This document shows positions 1 to 10,588 of a stretch of DNA of 64,000 nucleotides, one piece after another; the stretch's first letter is position 1; each line of letters begins with the position of its first letter. The stretch is from Azolla caroliniana (Eukaryota; Plantae; Polypodiophyta), in the NCBI GenBank assembly GCA_043228905.1, contig JBHGNT010000018.1:16244001-16308000 (forward strand). Direction: 5' to 3'. The position numbers were made by a program, and so were the translations under genes. Below the pieces are notes generated by a model, which was not told where the DNA came from, did no database searches, and was given only the letters and a program-made list of their open reading frames with translations.

Positions 1-47
1 CTTTGAGGTTTCTCATGGATGATATCCAAGTGAACACCAAGCATAGT

Positions 48-302
48 TGAAGCGTAAGTGTATGAGGATTTGTCTTCGTTCATACTCAGAAAACAACACA
101 GAAAGAGAAGCAAAGATATACATAGATTGAAGCTTTAATGGAAGCTCTATTACGTTCTCTGTCTCTCTCTCTCTTAGAGACTCGATATCCGATATATGAT
201 CAAGAAGATTATTCTTTACAACGTTAGGTTATTGCTTATATACTAAGCGGACGAGTTCATACTAGGATACAAAGTGGAGGGAGTCAGCCTTTTATGCCAA
301 CA
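48..302 (-). repeat. 3' LTR of Copia A1
   Basis: TG...CA; aligns to 20222-20497 with substitutions and two indels; followed by AACTCCCCC (PPT complement). Confidence 0.9.
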
Positions 303-1133
303 AACTCCCCCGTAAAAGGACTACTCTTTCCTACATGTACACGTGTTTGGGGTTGTCTCCCCTGTAAAATTAGATTACAACACTAATCTAGATTTATGTT
401 ACAAGTCAGTCGACATATAGTCGAGTCGGCATAGGTGAGGTCCATGTCGAGCCTAGCATGGCTCATTATCATGATTGATTCAGTCGACTCTTACCTTCTG
501 CTCCTTATTCGACTTTCTTCTACTCGGTCGCTTGTCGTAGTCCCATCTTTGTCCTTAGTGCTCCGAAGCGTTGATTTGGGAGTGGCTTTGTCAGGCAATT
601 GACAATGTTCACTTTGGTGTCGATCTTCCGGACTTCGAGCTTCTTCTCGGCTGTGAGCTTCTGGATGTGATGATACCGCACCTCAATATGCTTCGTCTTT
701 GCATGATAGACGGGATTGTTGATGAGGTGTATTGCGCTCTTTGCACTTTGTGAGTTGCAATAGATGGTTGGCGCAGGTCGATCGGTTTGGCTTATAGTTG
801 AGAAGTCGACAAACAGTCGATGCAGCTAGATCGCTTCCTTCGCTGCCTCTGATGCTGCTATGTACTCAACTTCTGTGGTCGACAGAGCCGTGCACTCTTG
901 AAGTTTCGACCTCCATGATATCGCACCGCCACCATAGATGAACGTGTAACCCGATGTCGATTCCTGATTGTCCGTATTCCTGGCATAGTCGGAATTTGTT
1001 TAGCTTTCGACTTTGGCTGGGGTTGTCAGTCCAAAAGTCAGCTATGTATCTTCGGTCTCTCTTAGGTACCTGAAGTTGTGCTTGACGGCCTCCCAATGCT
1101 TTTGTCCTGGTTTTGACATGTACCGGCTGACCA

Positions 1134-1553
1134 TGTTACCGGCCGGCAAGGAGTCCAAATTACGGAGTGAAGGAATTAATTAGATATGGTTGTAGATGAG
1201 CATAGTGTGGACGGACGGACTGGAAACGGTATGCCGTTCCAGATCCGGACGGATCCCGAATAGGTGCGAGAGGCACCGTTTTGTACTACGGGCCGGAAAC
1301 CTATTTAAAGGCCCGGACCCCATTGTAATGACAGCGGATAATTAATAGAGATTCTGATGTTTATACTTCTGTCTTGATTTCCGTTCTGTAATTACTGTTA
1401 TATCTTACGCGTGTAATTAACCAAAGCAATCTAATCGTGAAACCTACGTAAGTCGGTGTAATCGTTGAATCTTAATCCTATGCCGTAATCACCCTTTGGT
1501 GAAGTGTCTCCGGGACACCTTGTGTTAGGCCTTGTCCGGCTAAGAGAATAACA
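1134..1553 (+). repeat. 5' LTR of G1
   Basis: Direct repeat of 10589-11008; TATA-like CTATTTAAAG at 1301-1310. Confidence 0.96.
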
Positions 1554-1559
1554 CAGTTT

Positions 1560-1569
1560 TGGCGACCAC
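1560..1569 (+). promoter_or_regulatory. Primer-binding site of G1 (TGGCGACCAC; probably tRNA-Arg)
   Basis: Starts TGG 6 nt after the LTR (CAGTTT spacer, as in Athila-type elements); tRNA-Arg(UCG) assignment is from recall of plant tRNA 3' ends and needs checking. Confidence 0.75.
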
Positions 1570-1604
1570 GATTCCTGCTTTCTCGCAGCGAACGACGGTA
1601 ATGG

Positions 1605-4600
1605 ATGACTAGACCAACGCACGACTTGGGTACAGACCGAGCTCGACGCCTCGCCGAACGGCAAAGACGGCGTGAGACTTTCCAGCAAGCAGCGCAGGAA
1701 ATTCGCTCGGATCGTTCGTTCTCCAACGAGATCCGGAGAGTCGCGGAGGAATCTCTCCGGTTACGGCAAACTCGCGACCAGGACGACGGAAGCAGTCTAA
1801 GTAGTCTCCGGGAAACCGAACGACTCCTGGAGGCGCTGGCAAGCGGAGAAAACGAGGCAGAAGCCTTTTCAGCCTACGAATCGGATTCCGAAGGGGGATA
1901 CAGCATGCACACGAACTACCGGAGCAGCAACGATACCCCCGGCGGGCCGGAAGACGACGGGTCGGATACCGGGCCGACTCCAGAACCGGAACCGCTCAAC
2001 CAGGGCTATTCGGAACCGCAAACGGAAGCCGTCAACCCACCAACACCGGAAGTGGAAGAAGCAAAGCCACCAACACCAACGAAAGAGCCGGCAAAGGTAC
2101 CGGAAGAAGAGCCGGAAAAAGAACCGGAGAAAGGACCGGCAGAAGAACCGGAAGTGGAACCGGAGAAAGAACCGGAAAAATATCAACAAACGCCACTACA
2201 GCGCGGCTTAATACTGGACGACGACATGCCGTTCCAATACTCAAAGTACCGCGATGATCCGGATGCGGAAGCGCATGTGGATGACTTCGAGCAGACATGG
2301 GAAGCAAATCACACGTCCCAGCGAATGACACCGGAGGAAGAAGAACGCTCGAAGATAGCGGAATTCGGAGTCACGTTGGAGGGACCAGCGACACGATGGC
2401 GGCGGTCGCAGGACCCGGCGACCATCACAACATTTGCAGAATTAAAAGCAAAATTCTTGCATTTTTTCCACAAGGAGGTCGACCAGACGACAATGGTGGG
2501 CCTGTTTTATACGATCCGGCAGGAGGCAGGGGAAAGCATTCCCCAATTCGTCATCCGTTTCCAACGGATGCATAGCCAGCTTGCTCGTGCACCCCCGAAG
2601 GAGGAATTACGGACGATATTTTTAAACGCACTCCGGGAACCGTTACGCACGGTGTGTACGGTGATCGACTTTCGAGGATGCACCATCGATCAGGTCATTG
2701 ACCGGGTCAGAGAAATGGAAAAGACAAGCTCATGGCTTACGCTGGGAACACTGCAACGGGCGTTACCCACCGAGGAAGATCTCCGGTTCCGGCAGGCAAT
2801 TCAATGCACAATCTGCTTGAATGCCGGACACTCGGCAGTAGAGTGCACCATGCGCACTCAGTGTGTGATTTGTCAATCCAAGAGTCATACAACGGACCGG
2901 TGCGAGTATAACCTGTTAAACCGACAAGCACCACCCGTCCGACGGATCGAGCCAAGAAGTAGCCAAGACGAAGATGAAGATCGTTGGCAAAAAATGAACC
3001 GGTACCGACCGGCACAAGATGTCCGGTACGGAGACAGGCAAGAGAATGATGGCCGGTACGGGAATCGGCGTGATAACTACGACCGGTTTGAGCGATCGGA
3101 CCGTTATCGGGAGCCCAACAGACGACACGAGCAATACGACAGAGACCATTCCCCGGGTTACCGAAGGCACCAGGAGGACTACGGCCGATTTTACGATCTA
3201 CCACGACCGGACTACCGAAATAAACATAAGAATAATAAGAAACGTAATTTCAAGAAAGGTGGTCACCCTAGGGACCCGGAACATGGAACCCCAAGGAGCC
3301 AACCGGCACAGAACGCACCACTCACTACGGGACCGACTCCGGCTAACAGCAATGCTGAATCCAGCAATACCCGTAAAGAGTACTGCTACTACTGCAGGCA
3401 GGAAGGCCACTACAGTAACCAGTGCCCGGTAAAGAGCTACGAGAAACGACCAGCAGTTAATATGGTGGTTCCGGAAGTGGCGGATTTACAGCAAGTAACC
3501 ACACGGTCGAAAGGCATGGCCAAAGAGTGGGAAACACAAGAGGCCATACGAAAACAGGCGACGGAATGGGTGAAGGAAGCCAATGAAAAGAACGTCGCGG
3601 ACGCGGAACGGCAAAAGGCAAATAGCATAGGGAGTGCCGGCGGTAGCCACCCAGAAAACGAGACATGGCAAGCACTGCAAGAATGTCAGATCACGTTGCC
3701 GTTAGGAAGACTCTTGCAGCTCGTGCCGCGATTTACGGAAGGGCTAAAAACGGGCATGACAGACGGCATAGCCCCACCGGCACCAGTCCTCTTCTCGAAC
3801 CCGGAGGAGGGACCGACGGTGGTGGACACTAGTAGTCCGGTGATCACAGCTATTGTCAAAGGGCACGAACTTCCCGGCACAGTAATCGATGGAGGTTCCG
3901 GAGTGAACGTAATAAGCCTTCGCACGTGTGATGCCTTGGGTATACATGAATGGGAGCCATGTCCGTTCTGGCTACGGATGGCGGATACGAGCTCTGTACG
4001 GCCGACGGGCTTAATACGGAAATTGGAAGTCACCATAGGAGGCCACACATTTCACATCTCGGCTGTAGTGCTGCAGCTACAGGCGCAAGGCGCGTACCCA
4101 CTGCTGCTGGGCAGACCATGGTTGAAAACAGCACACATCAAGCAAAATTGGCGAAAAAATATGATTACCTTCCGGCGCGGAAAAGCCAAGGTCCGGGTAC
4201 CGACACAACCACGGACGAGCAACGGTAAGGAATGCACACCGCTCTATGCGGAATGTGTGAACATGCTTGAAGGATTGGCAGACGACGAAGAAGCCCAGTA
4301 CTTGGAGGAACATCCGAAGATCGTACCACTCTTCGAGATTGACGTAGCTGAAGCCGTAGCCGCATACTTGCCGCAGCGGGACGACACCGAAGCCGAACCA
4401 GACAAAGATGCGATTCGGGAATTACGGCAAGCACAGGAAGCGTTGGAACGGGAAATGGCCGTTTCCCAACGGGTAAAAGCATCCCAGCTCGACGAAGTGA
4501 ACCTAGGAAGCAAAGACGAATCAAAGCCGGTACACATCGCCAAAGAAATGAAGCCGGAAGATAAAGCGGCGATGATCAAACTTCTCACGGAGTTTCGCGA

Positions 4601-7469
4601 CGTATTCGCCTGGTCATACGAAGACATGCGAGGGCTGGACCCTCAATTATATCAGCATCAGATCCACTTAGGCAAGGACGCGAAACCAGTGGCGCAACGA
4701 CGATACCGAATGAACCCCAACTACGCCGCCAAAGTAAAAGAGGAAATCGACAAACTCCTAAGAGTGGGCTTCATCCGGCCGGTAAAGAAAGCGACGTGGC
4801 TGAGCCCCATCGTCGTCGTCCCCAAGAAGAACGGTAAAATCCGTGTGTGTGTTGATTACAGGAAACTAAATGCCGCCACAATTACGGATGCCTTCCCTCT
4901 TCCGTTTACGGACGGAGTACTGGATGCCGTCGCCGGTCATGAAGTTTATAGCTTTTTAGACGGGTTCAGCGGGTACAATCAAATCCGGATGCACCCGGAC
5001 GACCAGGAAAAGACAGCGTTCGTCACTGAATGGGGGGTGTTTGTGGCCGAAGTCATGATGTTCGGCCTAAAAACGGCACCAGCAACGTTCCAGCGAATCA
5101 TCATGGAGATCTTCGGCGAATACATTCCTGCCTTCATGCAAGTTTTCCTGGATGATTTTGCAGTTTATAGCCGGGGAAAAGACCATTTGCAGCACCTACG
5201 GTTATGCCTTGAAAAGTGTAGGTTATACCGGCTAAGCTTAAACCCAGCAAAATGCATCTTTGGGGTTTCAAGTGGAATATTGCTGGGACACATCGTAAGT
5301 AAGGAGGGCATTGCGGTCGACCCGGACAAAGTAAACGCCATACTAGGGGCACCGGCGCCGAAAACGGCCAAAGCACTAAGCCGATTCCTAGGACAAATCC
5401 GGTGGCACAGCCGGATGCTCCGTCACTTGGCGGACTTGGCGACACCATTACACACCGCGGTACATCGGACACCGTTCCAATGGACGGATACGGAGGATAA
5501 GGCATACAATGCCCTGAAGGTACTTTTATCGCAAGCACCCGTCGTGCAGCCTCCGGATTGGAGCAAGGAATTTCACGTGTTCGTGGACGCGTCCGACATC
5601 GCGATTGGCAGCGCCTTAATGCAGCTTACGGAGCCCAAATGGTACCGGCCGGTATATTACGCCAGCCGGAAGCTGTCCCAAGCGGAGAAGAACTATTCAA
5701 CGACGGAACGGGAGGCCCTCGGCATCATCTACAGTGTCACAAAGTTTCGGCACTACCTATTGGGAAGGAAGTTCTCCTTTCATGTGGATCACTCGGCGCT
5801 TCTGTACTTAGTGTCCAAGGCGTCCCTGACCGGTAAGTTGGCCCGTTGGACCTTGCTGTTGCAGGAGTTCGAGTTCGAGATTTTCCACCGGCCCGGTATC
5901 CAGCATGCTGTAGCAGACTACCTGAGCCGGTTAGAGTCCGGAGAACCAGGCGACGGAGTAGCGGATGAATTCCCGGACGCGGAGTTATTCCGTATCACCC
6001 CGGAAACGGCAGCGGACGACACGGTGGCATCAGAAGATAAATGGCTGACAAACATGCACCAGTTCCTAAGCACGGGCCTGCCACCGGAGGAAATGAACCG
6101 GGACGAGAGGAAACGACTGGCGGTGCAGAGCCGCAATTTCTGTCTGTTACGGGACACTCTCTACCACAAAGGAGCAGATGGAATATGGAGACGGGCAGTC
6201 CGTAGTGACGAGAAAGAAGTAATCTTACGGGAAGCACACTGTGGGGTTGCCGGAGGACACTATGCCGGGGAAGCGACGGCAAGAAAGGTATGGCAGAGCG
6301 GCTTATGGTGGCCCACGACGCTAAAGGACGCCGTCAAATATGCTAAGGAATGTGACCTATGCCAACGAATGGGCCAGCCTACGGAGCAAGCACGGATGCC
6401 ACACCAACCGGTACTTCCACTAGAGCCATTCCAGAAGTGGGGGTTGGATTTTGTCGGACCGTTCAAGCCACCGGCAATGAGAACAGGTAATCGTTATGTC
6501 ATCGTGGCAACGGATTATTGCACGAAATGGGTGGAAGCTAAGGCCCTGAGAGACAACACCGCGTCATCCACAACAAAATTCCTGTACGAGAACATTTGGT
6601 GCCGATATGGATGTCCGATTGAATTGATCAGCGACCAAGGAGGCCACTTCCTCGGCCAGGTAGTGGAAAGCTTAACAACGTTCTATGCCGTAGTCCATAA
6701 AAGAAGCACACCGTATTACCCACAGGCGAACGGGTTAGCAGAGTCCACCAACAAAACGCTGCAGAACATTCTCCGCAAAATTGTCAATGAAAACCGGACG
6801 GACTGGGACACAAAGCTCCATAGTGCGCTATGGGCGTACAGAACGGCATACAAAACGAGTATCCGGACAACGCCGTTCCGGTTAGCATTCGGCTTAGAAG
6901 CGGTCATGCCGGTCGAGTTTCAGGTACCAAGCTTACGGATCCAACTACGGGAACGGCTGAATGAAAAGAAGTCGGAGGAAATACGGCTAGCAGCACTATG
7001 CGAACTGGAGGAGCAACGGCTGGCCAGCATCCTACACATGGAACTGGAGCAACGACGACGGAAAGCGTTCGTTGACCGTCACCGGAAAGGTAATGAGAAG
7101 ATGTTCGAAATCGGAAAGCCGGTGCTAGTATTCCAAACGAGGATGGGCAAGATGCCGGGTAAACTCCGGTCCAGATGGACAGGCCCGTATTGGCTGACAC
7201 GGGAATACAACGGGTCCTATCAGATAGGGACACTTGCCGGGGAAGTACTAGGCAAGTGGGTGAATGGATTTCGACTAAAGCCCTATAAAGGACCGATGCC
7301 AAAGAACCCGTTTATGCAGCTCACCGGCACTATACCAGGAACCTGTCCGGGATCGGTACGGATCAATCCGGAAGAAAAAGACGACGGGGAACCCGTAGTA
7401 GAGACGAAGGAAGACACGGCAACCCGTAAGGAAAACGGTCAGGGTCAGAAGGGACCTACGGATGTGTAA
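1605..7469 (+). CDS. gag-pol: Gag-Pol polyprotein, 1954 aa, uninterrupted (Gag, 3 CCHC knuckles, protease, RT, RNase H, integrase)
   Basis: Protease VIDGGSGVN...LLLGRPWL; RT FLDGFSGYNQI, MFGLKTAP, FLDD; RNase H VDASD...YSTTEREAL; integrase H-H-C-C, WGLDFVGP, SDQG, PQANGLAE, WTGPY. Confidence 0.97.
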   Translation: MTRPTHDLGTDRARRLAERQRRRETFQQAAQEIRSDRSFSNEIRRVAEESLRLRQTRDQDDGSSLSSLRETERLLEALASGENEAEAFSAYESDSEGGYSMHTNYRSSNDTPGGPEDDGSDTGPTPEPEPLNQGYSEPQTEAVNPPTPEVEEAKPPTPTKEPAKVPEEEPEKEPEKGPAEEPEVEPEKEPEKYQQTPLQRGLILDDDMPFQYSKYRDDPDAEAHVDDFEQTWEANHTSQRMTPEEEERSKIAEFGVTLEGPATRWRRSQDPATITTFAELKAKFLHFFHKEVDQTTMVGLFYTIRQEAGESIPQFVIRFQRMHSQLARAPPKEELRTIFLNALREPLRTVCTVIDFRGCTIDQVIDRVREMEKTSSWLTLGTLQRALPTEEDLRFRQAIQCTICLNAGHSAVECTMRTQCVICQSKSHTTDRCEYNLLNRQAPPVRRIEPRSSQDEDEDRWQKMNRYRPAQDVRYGDRQENDGRYGNRRDNYDRFERSDRYREPNRRHEQYDRDHSPGYRRHQEDYGRFYDLPRPDYRNKHKNNKKRNFKKGGHPRDPEHGTPRSQPAQNAPLTTGPTPANSNAESSNTRKEYCYYCRQEGHYSNQCPVKSYEKRPAVNMVVPEVADLQQVTTRSKGMAKEWETQEAIRKQATEWVKEANEKNVADAERQKANSIGSAGGSHPENETWQALQECQITLPLGRLLQLVPRFTEGLKTGMTDGIAPPAPVLFSNPEEGPTVVDTSSPVITAIVKGHELPGTVIDGGSGVNVISLRTCDALGIHEWEPCPFWLRMADTSSVRPTGLIRKLEVTIGGHTFHISAVVLQLQAQGAYPLLLGRPWLKTAHIKQNWRKNMITFRRGKAKVRVPTQPRTSNGKECTPLYAECVNMLEGLADDEEAQYLEEHPKIVPLFEIDVAEAVAAYLPQRDDTEAEPDKDAIRELRQAQEALEREMAVSQRVKASQLDEVNLGSKDESKPVHIAKEMKPEDKAAMIKLLTEFRDVFAWSYEDMRGLDPQLYQHQIHLGKDAKPVAQRRYRMNPNYAAKVKEEIDKLLRVGFIRPVKKATWLSPIVVVPKKNGKIRVCVDYRKLNAATITDAFPLPFTDGVLDAVAGHEVYSFLDGFSGYNQIRMHPDDQEKTAFVTEWGVFVAEVMMFGLKTAPATFQRIIMEIFGEYIPAFMQVFLDDFAVYSRGKDHLQHLRLCLEKCRLYRLSLNPAKCIFGVSSGILLGHIVSKEGIAVDPDKVNAILGAPAPKTAKALSRFLGQIRWHSRMLRHLADLATPLHTAVHRTPFQWTDTEDKAYNALKVLLSQAPVVQPPDWSKEFHVFVDASDIAIGSALMQLTEPKWYRPVYYASRKLSQAEKNYSTTEREALGIIYSVTKFRHYLLGRKFSFHVDHSALLYLVSKASLTGKLARWTLLLQEFEFEIFHRPGIQHAVADYLSRLESGEPGDGVADEFPDAELFRITPETAADDTVASEDKWLTNMHQFLSTGLPPEEMNRDERKRLAVQSRNFCLLRDTLYHKGADGIWRRAVRSDEKEVILREAHCGVAGGHYAGEATARKVWQSGLWWPTTLKDAVKYAKECDLCQRMGQPTEQARMPHQPVLPLEPFQKWGLDFVGPFKPPAMRTGNRYVIVATDYCTKWVEAKALRDNTASSTTKFLYENIWCRYGCPIELISDQGGHFLGQVVESLTTFYAVVHKRSTPYYPQANGLAESTNKTLQNILRKIVNENRTDWDTKLHSALWAYRTAYKTSIRTTPFRLAFGLEAVMPVEFQVPSLRIQLRERLNEKKSEEIRLAALCELEEQRLASILHMELEQRRRKAFVDRHRKGNEKMFEIGKPVLVFQTRMGKMPGKLRSRWTGPYWLTREYNGSYQIGTLAGEVLGKWVNGFRLKPYKGPMPKNPFMQLTGTIPGTCPGSVRINPEEKDDGEPVVETKEDTATRKENGQGQKGPTDV

Positions 7470-7486
7470 GGTCACACACCGTCATT

Positions 7487-7494
<8 letters not shown>

Positions 7495-7530
<36 letters not shown>
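7495..7530 (+). repeat. A36 homopolymer between gag-pol and ORF2
   Basis: 36 consecutive A starting 25 nt after the pol stop codon. Confidence 0.9.
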
Positions 7531-7534
<4 letters not shown>

Positions 7535-7857
7535 TAATAATCGAGGTATGAACGGGTGTGAAAGCGAGGCGCGAAAAGGTACGTAGTGGGCATTTAAGAG
7601 ACGCCACGCTACTTAATACTAAATTGGTACACGACGTGTGCATGCTCGAAAAAGGCGCCAAAACGCACAAAGAAGAAGCAGAACGCATGGAGACCTTTTC
7701 ATTTCGCGAGCCAAGAAGCACAGAAGCACCAAGACAGTGGAAGCTGAGCAAACGCGAACCTGCACGCAGAGAACCCCCACGCTCAGAACGCTCTCTCTCT
7801 CGCTCTCACTCTCATCACCACTCTACCTCGCCATCTTCCCTCGACCTTGAAGCAGAC

Positions 7858-10536
7858 ATGGAACCACAAACGCTGTCGGAAGCGGCCAGAAAATGGTTCA
7901 GGCAAAACGGACTGGAGGGGTTCTTGGCCATCATGGAGGCACCGCCGCACAGAGAAGCCGACCGGGTCATCAAGGAGCTCGCCACAGAGGTCATCACCGA
8001 GGAAGCGATCCGCGCGCTAACAGGCCTTCCGGAGGGAGGAATCTTTCAGATCGATAACCCAACCTCGGAGCAACTCACCCGATATTTCGGTGAGTACTCT
8101 GTTGCCGGCAAAGGCTATCGGACGCAGGGCGGCGAAGATCCGCTATTCAGGGAGATAGCTCGAGTGCTCCATGAGTACGGTCACGTGTACCCCCGACCCC
8201 CTGTCATGCCAAAAAATCGGGCAGGGATGATCATAGCCACCTATGAAGGGGTCAAGGTGGACTGGCCGGTGTTGATTGCAGACGGGTTGTGCATGGCAAT
8301 CGACATGGTACGAGGGAAGGACGGCAAGGAGGGCCGGAAGCTGTGGCACGCCGTAGCTCAATGGATAACATTGCTCGTGCCGCCGGTCGAGACCGTCCAG
8401 CCAAAGAAGCGGCCAAGAGTATCGGAAGGAAGCACCTCGAAGCCGGCGTCCAAACGACAGCAGCTGCTGGCGTCGAAGGCGACGAAAGGGAAGAAACGGG
8501 CCCCAGAACCGGAGGAGGTGTCACCGGTCTGACCCGTCAAGATAACCTTACGGAGACCAGGACAGAAGGAACCGGAACCCTTGACGGCACAGAAACATGC
8601 CGTGACACAGGAAGAGGAAACGGAGGAGCCAGAAGAGCACCTCCAACGACGGTCAAGAAGTAGGACCGCCGAGACAGGAGGGGAGCGGTCGTACCCGCGA
8701 GAGGCAGAAACGCCCCCAACTCAACCTGAGCAAACCACAAGGGAAGAACCGGAACCGGTGCGTAGGGAACCGGTCTTGTCGACTTCTATAGAAGAAGTCA
8801 GTCCAACGGCTCCGGAGACGGCGAGAACCGGAACTCAACAGCCGGCGAGCCCAGCCAGAGCACACGGCGGCCAAGGAGTAGAACCAGAACGGCATATGCA
8901 GGCAATCAGGCCAGACAATTCCACGGTGAATGAGCCGACCCGACCAGTACAGCAACAGGGCACCAGTAGCATGTGGCTACGGTGGGTAGGCGAGCAAATC
9001 GCCGGAGTGGTCGAGTATATAGAGGCGGAAGAGAGAACGCACCAGGAACGGTTGCTCGTCACAACCGTAGATCTAGAGACGGCCCGGTCCAGAATCCGGA
9101 GCCTTGAACAAGACTTGGACAGGGTCACAAGGGAAACACAAGTCCAAGCACCGGTGACTCCGGGCAATGTACAGAATAAAGTGTCAAATCAACCTGTACA
9201 TAGCAATCAGACCCCGGCAACGGAAACCGTTCCGGAGAGAAATGCGGCACAAGCCCAAGAGCTTGCGGATTTAAAGGATGAGCTTGCTGCCCAAGAAGCG
9301 CTGAGGAGCCGCGAAAGAGAATTGAAGACGGCAGCGGAGGCAGAACTCCAAAAGACTGCTGAGAATCTACGCCGGGCCGAGGAGAGCTTACGGAAAGGCC
9401 ACCAAGCGTACGACCGGCTCAAGGAGGAGAAGGAGAAAATGCTGCAAGAGAAGGAGAGGCTCCGGAGGAACGCCGAAACAGAAGTAGAACGCCTGAAAGA
9501 GGAACTCCGGCAGGTAAAGGACCGGGAGGACCGAAACCATCGCCAGATCAACGGCAAGCTCAAACAAAAAACGGAGGAATTTGAGCAATTGCACCGGGAG
9601 TATAAACGGTTGCAAACGGAGCACAAGGAACGGACGGATGAGCTCCGGCAAGCAGTTGATCGGACCGCAACCGCATTCGCCAAGGAACAAGCTGAAAACA
9701 GAAGACGGTTGGAAGAGGCGGAGAAGGTTCGGACAGAGCTCCTCAGGCAACAGCAGGCGGAAAAAGAAAGAGCGGCGGAGGTACTGCAGAGGCTGCAAAC
9801 GACATATCAAGGGCAGCTGACGCGCTACAGGGAGCAGGCGGAGGATACGGCAAATCTCATCAAGCAGTTGAAGGAGGAGCGACAAGTGGTGGAAAGCAGA
9901 GCACAAATGGGAGCAAGTCGCATCCAGGATATAATGCGGGCCTGGTTGAACCAGACCAAGAGCTTGATTGACAACGGTTCCGTCAAATGGTGGACCAAGT
10001 GGGCCACGAACGCGGGGGAACTCCAATTGCTCCGGGCCGACGTAGAGAACCGGCGGAAGGAGGGAGATGATTGCTATATGCTGACTTCCGAAGACTTCAC
10101 CGGCATAAGGGATGAGCTTGCCGAAGACTTTCAAGCCTTGGCAGAGGACCAACTAGAGCAAGTCCGGCAACTTGTAGCTCAGCTGGACGACGACAGGCTG
10201 GAGGCGCAGATCCAGTTTGAAAGCTACGAGAGGTCCCGGATCCGGGGAGAGAAAGAACGAGAACCAGTTACGGTCAACCTTAGTGATGAGGAACCGTTAC
10301 TGGAAGGAGACCGGACCGGAAGCAGTCAAACGGAGATGCCGGAGCCAGAGAGACAAACGGAGCAGCCGGAGTCAGCGAAGCAAACGGAGCAGCAGCAGCA
10401 AGCAGAGCAGCCGGAGCAACCTCAGTCCCAACCGCAACCACAGCAGCAGCAGCAAGCACAGCCGCAACAACCACAACCGGAAGAACAAGTGGAAATTCTT
10501 GAACAAAGTAATTTGGACAATTTGGGTGAACAATGA
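7858..10536 (+). CDS. G1 ORF2 (~892 codons): putative plant-transposon-protein domain, long coiled coil, Q-rich tail; one in-frame TGA at 8530-8532
   Basis: Track ORFs 7558-8532 and 8581-10536 share a frame: EEVSPV*PVKITLRRPG; ATG 7858 follows a CT-rich leader; no signal peptide or transmembrane segment seen. Confidence 0.75.
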
Positions 10537-10548
10537 AGGGGCCGAGAA

Positions 10549-10586
10549 GGGTTCGACGTACAAGGTACTGTCCCACGGGCGTGCCA
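10549..10586 (-). promoter_or_regulatory. Inverted PBS-like (tRNA 3'-end-like) sequence occupying the PPT position
   Basis: Plus strand GGGTTCGA-13nt-GTCCCACGGGCGTGCCA, 2 nt before the 3' LTR; minus strand reads TGGCACGCCCGTGGGAC. Confidence 0.7.
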
Positions 10587-10588
10587 TG

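Noticed and set aside
7495-7530. A36 as the tail of an inserted SINE, LINE or retrocopy
   Set aside because: No flanking target duplication or element body; the exact length may also be a sequencing artefact
7558-7857. GTG-initiated N-terminal extension of ORF2
   Set aside because: It translates a CT-rich leader into low-complexity S/H/R sequence; ATG 7858 is the more plausible start
8581-10536. ORF2 as a retroviral envelope or a captured myosin/SMC gene
   Set aside because: No signal peptide, transmembrane helix or ATPase motif; the similarity would be generic coiled coil
10535-10551. Purine-rich GAAGGGGCCGAGAAGGG as the PPT of G1
   Set aside because: It is interrupted by CC and ends 37 nt from the LTR, whereas a PPT defines the LTR edge within a few nt; kept only as the alternative hypothesis
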